In this document: piece by piece, positions 47,946 through 56,086 of the stretch
Numbering within the stretch: the first letter of the stretch is position 1
How the letters are laid out: each line of letters opens with the position of its first letter
Assembly (NCBI GenBank): GCA_023129325.1
Contig: JAGMCI010000011.1
Location: forward strand, 45,549 to 109,548
Reading direction: 5' to 3'
DNA: 64,000 bases
Source of the DNA: a candidate division WOR-3 bacterium
Lineage (GTDB): Bacteria; Hydrothermota; UBA3073; JACQXS01; JAGMCI01
Notes under the pieces: generated by a model
What the model saw: only the letters and a program-made list of their open reading frames with translations
Told to the model about the DNA's origin: nothing
Database searches by the model: none
Program-made: the position numbers and the translations under genes

Positions 47946-48467
47946 ATGTCTGATATAAAGTCTGTTCATATAAAAGAACGTGCTTTTCTTGCAATGATAC
48001 TTTCATCTGTTGAAGTTTATAGATATGAGACGCTCGGAATTTTACTTGGTTATAAGGGCGAAGATTCATTTGTTGTTGAATATGCTATTCCTTATCAAAC
48101 TGCCGTTAAGGGTTATTCTTGGGTAGCCCCGAAGTCAAGAGCATCTGAAAGGATGGTCAAAATTCTTGAGCGTATGTCAATTAATGTTATAGGAGATTTC
48201 CATTCTCATACTCAGTGGGGTGACTTTAAAGGTAAACCCGTCCCTTCAGGGGAGGATATTGCTGATATGGAACTTAATAAAATTTATGCCATCGTTGCCG
48301 TTAATGATAAACAAAAGAAGGAATCGTGGCATCGTACAGAAGCAGGCACTATTGTTGGGACTTTGAGTGATTATAGTCTGGAGATTGGAGCCCATATTCT
48401 TGTCAGTAATTACAAATCAAAGTCTGTAAAAATAATATGCCCAAGCGCCACGGGGCTATCATATTAA
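47946..48467 (+). CDS. JAB/MPN (JAMM) metalloprotease-domain protein
   Basis: ETLGILLG...GDFHSHT...PSGEDI (E-HxH-S-D); promoter TTGACA-N16-TATACT at 47908-47935. Confidence 0.8.
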   Translation: MSDIKSVHIKERAFLAMILSSVEVYRYETLGILLGYKGEDSFVVEYAIPYQTAVKGYSWVAPKSRASERMVKILERMSINVIGDFHSHTQWGDFKGKPVPSGEDIADMELNKIYAIVAVNDKQKKESWHRTEAGTIVGTLSDYSLEIGAHILVSNYKSKSVKIICPSATGLSY

Positions 48468-48468
48468 A

Positions 48469-49488
48469 GTGATGAAATATAAAGAGGCTGGTGTTGATAT
48501 AGAAAAGGGCGACACCTTTAAAAAATATATTAAAAAGCTAAGTAATGTTATTGGAGGCTTTGGGGGGACTTTTGAGATTCCAAAAGGCTACAAACATCCT
48601 CTCCTTGTTTCCTCAGTGGATAGTGTGGGCACAAAGCTTAAAATTGCAATGCAACTCGGAATCCATAATACAGTTGGTAAAGATATAGTCAATCATTGCG
48701 TAAATGATATTTTAACCCTTGGCGCCAAGCCTTTATATTTTATGGATTATATAGGAACTGGAAAGTTAAATTTAGAACAGCAAAAAGAAGTAATAAATGG
48801 AATTGTAGATGCTTGCAAAGAAAACGATATTTTGCTGCTTGGTGGCGAGACAGCTGAATTACCAGGACTTTACAATCTTGAAGAATACGATTTAGTTGGC
48901 TTTATTACTGGAATAGTAGAAAAAAATAATTTAATAGATGGAAGTAAGATAATGCCAGGCGATAAACTCATCGGCCTTCCTTCAAACGGACTTCATACTA
49001 ATGGGTATTCACTTGTCCGAAAGATTATAAAGGATAAAGGTCTATCACTTAATCTTAAAATTCCAGAACTTGGTTCTGGACTTGGCGAAGAGCTTTTGAA
49101 AATCCACAGGTCTTATAAGGACTTGCTCACTCCCTTCCTTGACAAAGTAAAAGGACTTATTCACATAACAGGTGGTGGATTTTATGGAAATGTGCCAAGA
49201 ATTTTGCCAAAAGGGTTGGGAGCTAAAATTTATAAAGACTCATGGGACATCCCACCTATATTTAAATTTATTCAGCATGAAGGAGAAGTTGAAGAAAGAG
49301 AAATGTTTGAAGTTTTTAATATGGGAATAGGAATGATTGTGATTGTGGATGACTTTGAAGTACTCTCTGGGATTTGTGCCATAAGCACATCCCTGCCCGA
49401 TGGACGGCAGGCGGGCACCTTTGGTGGAAAGGAAAAAATATCATTTATAGGAGAAATTAAGAGGGGAGAAAGAGTAGAAATTATTTGA
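48469..49488 (+). CDS. purM: Phosphoribosylformylglycinamidine cyclo-ligase
   Basis: YKEAGVDI, GGETAELPG, SNGLHTNGYSL, HITGGG, FNMGIG. Confidence 0.95.
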   Translation: MMKYKEAGVDIEKGDTFKKYIKKLSNVIGGFGGTFEIPKGYKHPLLVSSVDSVGTKLKIAMQLGIHNTVGKDIVNHCVNDILTLGAKPLYFMDYIGTGKLNLEQQKEVINGIVDACKENDILLLGGETAELPGLYNLEEYDLVGFITGIVEKNNLIDGSKIMPGDKLIGLPSNGLHTNGYSLVRKIIKDKGLSLNLKIPELGSGLGEELLKIHRSYKDLLTPFLDKVKGLIHITGGGFYGNVPRILPKGLGAKIYKDSWDIPPIFKFIQHEGEVEEREMFEVFNMGIGMIVIVDDFEVLSGICAISTSLPDGRQAGTFGGKEKISFIGEIKRGERVEII

Positions 49489-49557
49489 TGACAAATTAAA
49501 AATCAAAATGCAAAAATCAAAAATAATAATATTTAATACTTTATGAGAATATCTGCG

Positions 49558-49633
49558 TTCACCCCGTTAGATGACTTTTCGTATCTAACGGGGTTCATTT
49601 GCGTCTAATCCCGCACATAAGTCATGTGCGGGA
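49558..49633. mobile_element. TTCA-flanked CCCCGTTAGA...TCTAACGGGG element followed by a TCCCGCAC...GTGCGGGA palindrome
   Basis: TTCA-CCCCGTTAGATGACTTTTCGTATCTAACGGGG-TTCA (49562-49593); TCCCGCACATAAGTCATGTGCGGGA. Confidence 0.8.
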
Positions 49634-49645
49634 CAATTTTAAATT

Positions 49646-50563
49646 TTGAATTTTCTTGATTATATATTCCTGTTGCGTCCAACCCTTTTTGTTCCAGTAT
49701 GGACTTTCTTCTTGCTTGGATTTTATAAAGGGAACTTATTGCAAGAAGGTTATTCAAATTATCAAATAACAAAACCGTTTGTTCTTGCCTTTATCTTGTA
49801 TACTCTTCTCATGGGTGGTGTTTATATATTAAATCAAATCACAGACATAAAATCAGATAAAATAAACAAAAAACTCTACCTCTTACCCGGAGGTTATATA
49901 TCAGTTAAATATGCTTACCTTGAGATGATAATTCTTTTTGTCATCGCTTTTGTTCTTGCCATTCCTTTTTCCAGACAATTTAAAATTATACTTCTCGCCT
50001 CGTTAGCTTTAGGAATCTTATATTCCAGCCAGCCATTCAAATTTAAAGCCAGACCTTTTATTGATTTGTTATCAAACTCATTTGGTTATGGAATACTTGC
50101 CTTTTCTCTTGGTTGGGTTACCGGAAATCCGTTATCCAAAAAGACATTTCTTTTTGCCTTACCCTACTTCTTTGCTGTGGGAGCTGTTTTTATAAATACA
50201 ACTATCCCTGATATTGAAGGAGATAGGAAGGCAAATCAGGTAACAACCAGCATATTTATAGGAGAAAAGAAAGCCTATTTGTTAAGCACAAGTCTACTTT
50301 TTATATCACTTGGGTTTTCAATTTACCTAAAAGATTGGCTCTGTGGAATTGCATGCTTAGGTGCTATGCCATTCTTTATATTGGCACTCCTAAAAAATGA
50401 TTTGAAAAATTGCTTTTTGTCAATAAGGATAGGAGCTCCAATTCTTGTAATACTTGTTGGTATTAAATTTCTCTGGTTTATTCCACTCCTTGTTGTTCTT
50501 TTCTTTGGTTTAAAAGCTTATTATAAAAAACGCTTTAACATAATGTATCCTAAAATAATATAA
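49646..50563 (+). CDS. UbiA family prenyltransferase
   Basis: NQITDIKSDKINK; YS..PFKFK; PDIEGDRK; multi-TM. Confidence 0.85.
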   Translation: MNFLDYIFLLRPTLFVPVWTFFLLGFYKGNLLQEGYSNYQITKPFVLAFILYTLLMGGVYILNQITDIKSDKINKKLYLLPGGYISVKYAYLEMIILFVIAFVLAIPFSRQFKIILLASLALGILYSSQPFKFKARPFIDLLSNSFGYGILAFSLGWVTGNPLSKKTFLFALPYFFAVGAVFINTTIPDIEGDRKANQVTTSIFIGEKKAYLLSTSLLFISLGFSIYLKDWLCGIACLGAMPFFILALLKNDLKNCFLSIRIGAPILVILVGIKFLWFIPLLVVLFFGLKAYYKKRFNIMYPKII

Positions 50564-50627
50564 GAAATAATAAAAAAAACTTGACAAATTTAAAAAGTAT
50601 AGTATAGATTAAGAAAGGAGGTATTTT

Positions 50628-50819
50628 ATGCGTTGGCCTATAGTAATTACTATTGTAGCAGCAGTATCTTTCATTTTTGGAATAATAAGTAGATTAATGT
50701 ATCCAGCAGGAGCTGGAGCTCTGTTCAGGATAAAGCCTCTTTCCTATATATCTGTTGCTGAGATGCTTCTCTTATTTGCTATCTCAATTGCTTGCATCAT
50801 AAAATTCAAGAAAGACTGA
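50628..50819 (+). CDS. Small two-TM membrane protein
   Basis: Strong SD AGGAGG, TTGACA at 50581, two hydrophobic helices. Confidence 0.65.
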   Translation: MRWPIVITIVAAVSFIFGIISRLMYPAGAGALFRIKPLSYISVAEMLLLFAISIACIIKFKKD

Positions 50820-50823
50820 AAGC

Positions 50824-52131
50824 TCATAGAGCTAAGAGTTCGCCGATAAGATATAAGGAACCTGTAGCTAAAATTAAATCATCGGGTTGAGCGCGCTGGC
50901 GTGCAAGGTGAAAAGCACTTTCTGTATTTTGTGTAATTTGGACTTGCACCTTTTTTTGTTTAAAAAGTTGAAAAATATCTTCTGGATTTGCTGAGCGTTC
51001 TGATTTAAGAGATGTTACATAAGTATAGTCAGTAATTGGTGATAATACTTGAATTATTCCTTCTTTATCTTTATCCTTCAAAACTCCAAAAATAAGTATT
51101 AAGTGCCTGAAATTAAATAATTCAATAATAGCCCTTCGCAATACCCATGCAGAAGCAACATTATGTGCTCCGTCAAATACAATCCACGGGTTTTTGTTAA
51201 TAATTTCTAATCTACCCGATGATTTAACTTCACGAAGCCCCTCTTTTATAAGAGTATCTGGAATATTGCAAACCCGAGCTGTGCAAATTGAAGTGAGTGC
51301 ATTTATTATTTGATGTCTGCCTAAAAGGGGAAGCTCGTATCTCTTCACACTTCCTACTTCCCACTTCCTACTTCTCGGTGAAGCAGGTGATATTTTGAAT
51401 CTTGAACCCGTTAGGTCACACTCTATATCTTCACAAAAAAGGTCTTCTCCAATAACTTGAAGAGTTGTCTTTTTATCTTGGCAAGCTTTTTTAATTACTT
51501 CTAAAACTTCTGGAGCCTGGGGACTTGATATAACCTGCCCACCTTCTTTTATTATGCCACACTTTTCATTAGCTATTGAGGTTAAAGTATGACCAAGAAT
51601 TTTTGTATGGTCAAAACTTATTGGAGTTAGAATTGAGACCTCTGGGGTCAAAACATTTGTAGCATCAAGTCTCCCTCCAAGTCCAACTTCAAAGATAGAA
51701 AAATCTGTCTTTTCTCTTGCAAAATAAGTAAAAGCAAGGGAAGTAAGAATCTCGTATGTTGAACATTCACTGGTGAGGTACGGTTTCATTTTTTCAAGAA
51801 GCTGAACAAAATCAGATTCAGGGATAGGCTGGTCATTTATTTTTATTCTCTCACGGATATTTACAAGATGTGGCGAAGTGAAAGTCCCTGTTTTCCCAAC
51901 TTTCTTAAATATTGAAGACAAAATATGTGCCGTAGAACCTTTGCCTTTGGTGCCTGCTATTAAGATAGGTCTCTTAAGTTGAGAATGAGGATAGTCAATT
52001 TTTTTGAGAAATTTATGGAATGAAGAAAGATTAAATTCATAGCGTCTTCCCCTTTCCCAATCTTTAAAACTGTATATAAATTCTAAAGCCTTTTTAAAAT
52101 CCACTCCGTGGTGAAGGTCGTGGTGAACCAT
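50824..52131 (-). CDS. folC: Folylpolyglutamate synthase / dihydrofolate synthase
   Basis: AGTKGKGST, TSPHL, EVGLGGRLDATN, DGAHN, TGSLYL; N-terminal insert VHHDLHHGV. Confidence 0.95.
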   Translation of the reverse strand: MVHHDLHHGVDFKKALEFIYSFKDWERGRRYEFNLSSFHKFLKKIDYPHSQLKRPILIAGTKGKGSTAHILSSIFKKVGKTGTFTSPHLVNIRERIKINDQPIPESDFVQLLEKMKPYLTSECSTYEILTSLAFTYFAREKTDFSIFEVGLGGRLDATNVLTPEVSILTPISFDHTKILGHTLTSIANEKCGIIKEGGQVISSPQAPEVLEVIKKACQDKKTTLQVIGEDLFCEDIECDLTGSRFKISPASPRSRKWEVGSVKRYELPLLGRHQIINALTSICTARVCNIPDTLIKEGLREVKSSGRLEIINKNPWIVFDGAHNVASAWVLRRAIIELFNFRHLILIFGVLKDKDKEGIIQVLSPITDYTYVTSLKSERSANPEDIFQLFKQKKVQVQITQNTESAFHLARQRAQPDDLILATGSLYLIGELLAL

Positions 52132-52208
52132 TATTCAATTTTCCGTCCGTTCTTGCCAATTTATTGACTTAGAACGGCGAGAATCCCGCACCAAAATCGG
52201 TGCGGGGC

Positions 52209-53927
52209 CTATCGTTGGTTAATGGATTCTATAAATCCTCCATCTCTAAAATCAATAATAGAGTAAACCTCTTTCTCAATAGTCGGAGTGATTATTTCAA
52301 GATTCTTATCCTCATCTATATTTTTAAATTCGGGTTGTCCTGTATAAGTTTCTATTTCTTTTGATAAAGAATAAATTTGAGCATAAACCCCATTTTGAAC
52401 TTCGTATATTATAATTCTTTTGCCATTAAGCTGAACAGCTTCATTGGTCAAGCCATTTCCATTAACATCTCTTAATCCTATACTGGGTATCTCACTGGGG
52501 ATAATAGAAGTTTTTGCTATCCACATAATTTCATTAACTAAAGTTTTCAATTTTTCTTTAATGATTTCAGCATCTTTTTTCCCGTCAGCTGAGGGATTAA
52601 ATAATCCGACCCTAATTCTATACCATCCTTCATCTGAGGGACCAAATTTAGAAACCCAGGCAGGATAATAAGCAAGACGCAAAAATTCTGCCAACTGCTC
52701 GGCATTACTGTAATTACGGCTTGAGCCAACTTGAATTGTAAAAAATGAAGTCTTTGTAAAAATCCGTTGTTTAACAGACTCAGCTGATGGCCTATCAGCT
52801 AATGGGTAAGGTTTTTTTGCTTTTATGATAATCTTTTTACCACCTTTTATCTTTAGACGAGCTTGGACTTTAAAGCCATTGGAATTTATTACTATTAATT
52901 CATCTGGAGTAAGATAATACACTCTCGAATCACCAAAACTTGTCACCAAATCGCTTAATTTCAGAAATAATGTATCCGTTAGCTGGCAAATTAGTTCATC
53001 TGTTCCTGTATCAAAGAAACTAACTTTGTTTTCTTCTACAATAATACCATAGCTACCATCTCTGGATAAGAATAACTTTTTACCTTTTCTTATGGGTAAT
53101 CTTTTTTCAACCCGATTAGTTACCCTTTTTATCACATAAAGTTCATTTGAGGTAAGACAATACAATTTATTGCTACCGGGTGTGAACTTGAGAACAATCG
53201 GAGTTCCATTAATCTTTATACTTGTCATAAGAGCAAATGTCTGTGTATCAAAGACATCAATTAATCCGCCTGAAGCGGAAGACCTGCCAATGTATAATCT
53301 GAGTCCGTAGGGAGCAATGGCAAAGTCTGTTATATTAGATAAAGGAATTTGTGCCTCTTTTTCAAAATCAATAAGCTTATAAATATATAAACCACTCTTA
53401 TTAAGTACCCATATACGATTAAAATCAATAACAAATTTTGTAACACTTTCTTTAAGTTGAATTGTCCTTTTACCAAGGAGTTCAGAAATCTTATTAGGTG
53501 TCAGAACATAAATATTCTCTCCTTTCTTTATCACTTTTTCACAATTCTTTGGCAAATCACATACCCTTTTGAAATCTCCTTCTCGCCTCGCTGAGGCTCT
53601 CGCCTCGCTGAAGCTTCGGCGAAGCGGGTCGGCGAGGCGGGGCACCAACTGAAATAAGGCTTCACCTGCTATCCAGAGCGTGTCTTTTGATAGTCCAATT
53701 TGCTTTATTCTATCAGCTAACAGAGAAGGAAGTTTGAACTTGTTTAAAATTGAATCCTTCTCAAGATTAATTGTATAAACATCATTCTCTGTAAAGACAT
53801 AGCCAATAGATTTACCAAGCTCTTCCTCTCTTACCGGCAATTTTTGAGTTTTAGTAGTTTTCCGTTTACATCCACCAAAGCCGATTAAGAGTCCAATTAA
53901 CAGAAAAATACCAAAATATCTAATCAT
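52209..53927 (-). CDS. Lipoprotein with YVTN-like beta-propeller and SPOR domain
   Basis: Lipobox FGGC; FTIQVGSS...WYRIRVGLF SPOR motif; in-frame inserts. Confidence 0.7.
   Translation of the reverse strand: MIRYFGIFLLIGLLIGFGGCKRKTTKTQKLPVREEELGKSIGYVFTENDVYTINLEKDSILNKFKLPSLLADRIKQIGLSKDTLWIAGEALFQLVPRLADPLRRSFSEARASARREGDFKRVCDLPKNCEKVIKKGENIYVLTPNKISELLGKRTIQLKESVTKFVIDFNRIWVLNKSGLYIYKLIDFEKEAQIPLSNITDFAIAPYGLRLYIGRSSASGGLIDVFDTQTFALMTSIKINGTPIVLKFTPGSNKLYCLTSNELYVIKRVTNRVEKRLPIRKGKKLFLSRDGSYGIIVEENKVSFFDTGTDELICQLTDTLFLKLSDLVTSFGDSRVYYLTPDELIVINSNGFKVQARLKIKGGKKIIIKAKKPYPLADRPSAESVKQRIFTKTSFFTIQVGSSRNYSNAEQLAEFLRLAYYPAWVSKFGPSDEGWYRIRVGLFNPSADGKKDAEIIKEKLKTLVNEIMWIAKTSIIPSEIPSIGLRDVNGNGLTNEAVQLNGKRIIIYEVQNGVYAQIYSLSKEIETYTGQPEFKNIDEDKNLEIITPTIEKEVYSIIDFRDGGFIESINQR
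53582..53641. mobile_element. 30-nt palindromic element inserted into a second copy of itself, in frame
   Basis: CTCGCCTCGCTGAGGCT-[CTCGCCTCGCTGAAGCTTCGGCGAAGCGGG]-TCGGCGAGGCGGG. Confidence 0.8.
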
Positions 53928-54641
53928 TTACTTAATAAGGGTTATCATTTCTTTCACTGCTCTCTCAAGTCCCACAAATATAGCTCTTGCAATGATAGAA
54001 TGCCCAATGCTAAATTCTGCAATTTCAGGAATGGTTGCTACTTGCTGGACATTACGGTAGTTAAGCCCATGACCAGCATGAACCTCAAGCCCAAGTGAAG
54101 AAGCTAAAGTCGCCGCATCTTTAATTCGCTTGAGTTCATTTGCCATTTCAGTTTCAGTAGTGGCTTCTGAGTATTTGCCAGTATTTATTTCTATAGTATC
54201 GGCTCCACATTCGGGGACGGCTTTTATTAATTTTTCATCAGGCTCAATAAAAATAGTGCTCAATATCCCGGCGAGCTTTAACTTTTTGATAGCCTTTTTA
54301 GTTGATTCCATAAACCTAATAATATTTAGTCCCCCTTCAGTAGTTACTTCTTCAGCCCTTTCCGGAACAAAACAGCAGGCACTGGGTTTTATCTTTAAGA
54401 TGAAATTTAGTATCTTCTCATTTAAGCTTAATTCCACATTTAAGCATGATTTAATAGTTTGCTTAAGAAGTTCAACATCTCTCTCTTTTATATGACGCAT
54501 ATCTTGCCGTAAATGAACAGTTATCCCATAAGCGCCTGCCGACTCAACTAACACAGCAGCTTGAACTGGGTCAGGATAATTTATCCCTCTTGCTTCCCTC
54601 ACAGTAGCAACATGGTCTATATTTACTGAAAGTCTTGCCAT
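53928..54641 (-). CDS. pdxJ: Pyridoxine 5'-phosphate synthase
   Basis: VNIDHVATVREAR, ITVHLR.D.RHI, EVTTEGG, HAGHGL, IGHSII. Confidence 0.95.
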   Translation of the reverse strand: MARLSVNIDHVATVREARGINYPDPVQAAVLVESAGAYGITVHLRQDMRHIKERDVELLKQTIKSCLNVELSLNEKILNFILKIKPSACCFVPERAEEVTTEGGLNIIRFMESTKKAIKKLKLAGILSTIFIEPDEKLIKAVPECGADTIEINTGKYSEATTETEMANELKRIKDAATLASSLGLEVHAGHGLNYRNVQQVATIPEIAEFSIGHSIIARAIFVGLERAVKEMITLIK

Positions 54642-55336
54642 AATTCCTCCCTTTTACATTTTGAGATTTGCATTTTAAATTTATATGTCCTTTCTCTTAA
54701 ATTTGCCTGCCCGCCGTCTTTTAACTCTGACAGGCGGGGATGATTAAATAAATCTCCTGCTACACAAATACCATCTGCTCCAGCATTCAAAACTTTGTCA
54801 ATCTTATCAAGAGTTATACCACCAATCCCAAGAATTTGTAGGGGCGTATTGCTATACGCCCCTATCACTTTTTTAATCTCAGAAATAAGAGATAATTTAA
54901 CAAGAGGTTTAGATTTTGTAGAGGATGGAAATAAACAACCTACAGCTACATAATTAGCCCCAGATTTAACTGCCTCAAGTGCCTGATTGACAGAATTTAC
55001 ACTTGTTCCAATTATCTTGTTTCCTAAAATCTTCCTGGCGTGGGAGGGAGGCATATCAGATTCACCAAGATGTACTCCATCTGCTTGAGTTGCTAAAGCT
55101 ACATCTGCTCTATCATTCACAATAAATGGGACCTTGAACTTTCCCGTTGCTCGCCAGATTGCGGTTCTAACTGTTAATGCATCTTGAAGAAAAGCCCTCG
55201 TATCCTGGGTTTTCTCGCGAAGTTGAATTACCGTGGCTCCTCCAAGGACTAAATCCTCTACAATTTTAGTTAAATTTCTTGATTCACGACTTATATACTT
55301 CTCATCCAATATGACATATAAACTAAAGTCTATCAT
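54623..55336 (-). CDS. thiE: Thiamine-phosphate synthase
   Basis: IQLREK, IVNDRAD, GVHLG, FPSSTK, GIGGI. Confidence 0.9.
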   Translation of the reverse strand: MIDFSLYVILDEKYISRESRNLTKIVEDLVLGGATVIQLREKTQDTRAFLQDALTVRTAIWRATGKFKVPFIVNDRADVALATQADGVHLGESDMPPSHARKILGNKIIGTSVNSVNQALEAVKSGANYVAVGCLFPSSTKSKPLVKLSLISEIKKVIGAYSNTPLQILGIGGITLDKIDKVLNAGADGICVAGDLFNHPRLSELKDGGQANLRERTYKFKMQISKCKREELWQDFQ

Positions 55337-55353
55337 TTATTGTAGGCACAAAT

Positions 55354-55857
55354 TTATCTGTGTTTACCTGCCCGCCGCTTTGCTTTGGCAGGCGGGTCTG
55401 CGGTTAAAACTTTAAGTAATGTTTTCTCAAGGTCATAAATCTTAAATCTTATTTCCTTAACTTGAGACGAGATTTTGGCACTAAATAATTTGCTAAATTC
55501 TTCTATTGCCCGACACCCCTCTTGAGCCCTTCTTAGATTTCTTTGGACAATCTCTTTTAAATCTTTATAAGAATGAGTATCAAAGTTACCATATTTCCCT
55601 AAATCCTTTCCTGTATCCCTGAATTCAATGAGATTAGAATTGGCAAAGAGACTACTTAATTTATGCCTTTCAGTTTTTATCTCTTTGGTCAACTTTTTAT
55701 CCTTAAGTATAAATCTTGCAACCTCCTCAACAATTCTTAAGCCTTCTCTTGCCCTGTTCAAGTTAGCATCAATGATTTGAAGAACCTCCCCGCCTTGACT
55801 CGCAACAGGCGAGGCAGGTAAGTTGAACTTTTCTTGGTGGAGAGATATATTTTTCAT
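55354..55857 (-). CDS. ThiD2-type domain (stand-alone N-terminal domain of long ThiE proteins)
   Basis: IIDANLNRAREGLRIVEE...RDT..DLG...N..RAQEG.R.IEE...RF.IY. Confidence 0.8.
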   Translation of the reverse strand: MKNISLHQEKFNLPASPVASQGGEVLQIIDANLNRAREGLRIVEEVARFILKDKKLTKEIKTERHKLSSLFANSNLIEFRDTGKDLGKYGNFDTHSYKDLKEIVQRNLRRAQEGCRAIEEFSKLFSAKISSQVKEIRFKIYDLEKTLLKVLTADPPAKAKRRAGKHR

Positions 55858-56086
55858 TATATTTATATAATACAAATATAATACAAAAAGTCAACTTTTT
55901 ATTTCTTGACTTATTTCTATATTTACTTATAATTTTTATGAGGTCTATGAAATAGAAACTATTAATTTGGGAAGCTAACAGAGAAAAATTAAAATCACTT
56001 GTTAAAAGTTGCATTTCAACAGCAACTTTACTATATAGGAAACAAATTGCAGGAATTATGGGTAAATTTATTAGAAAGGAGGAGTA

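Noticed and set aside
47946-48467. JAB gene as part of a CBASS or ubiquitin-like defence system
   Set aside because: No cyclase, E1/E2 or effector is adjacent; the context is housekeeping.
35073-52130. Recurrent 30-nt TGGTTCACCACG... sequence as a CRISPR repeat
   Set aside because: Copies are dispersed, in both orientations and inside genes; there is no regular spacer array and no cas gene. No CRISPR array was seen anywhere in the window.
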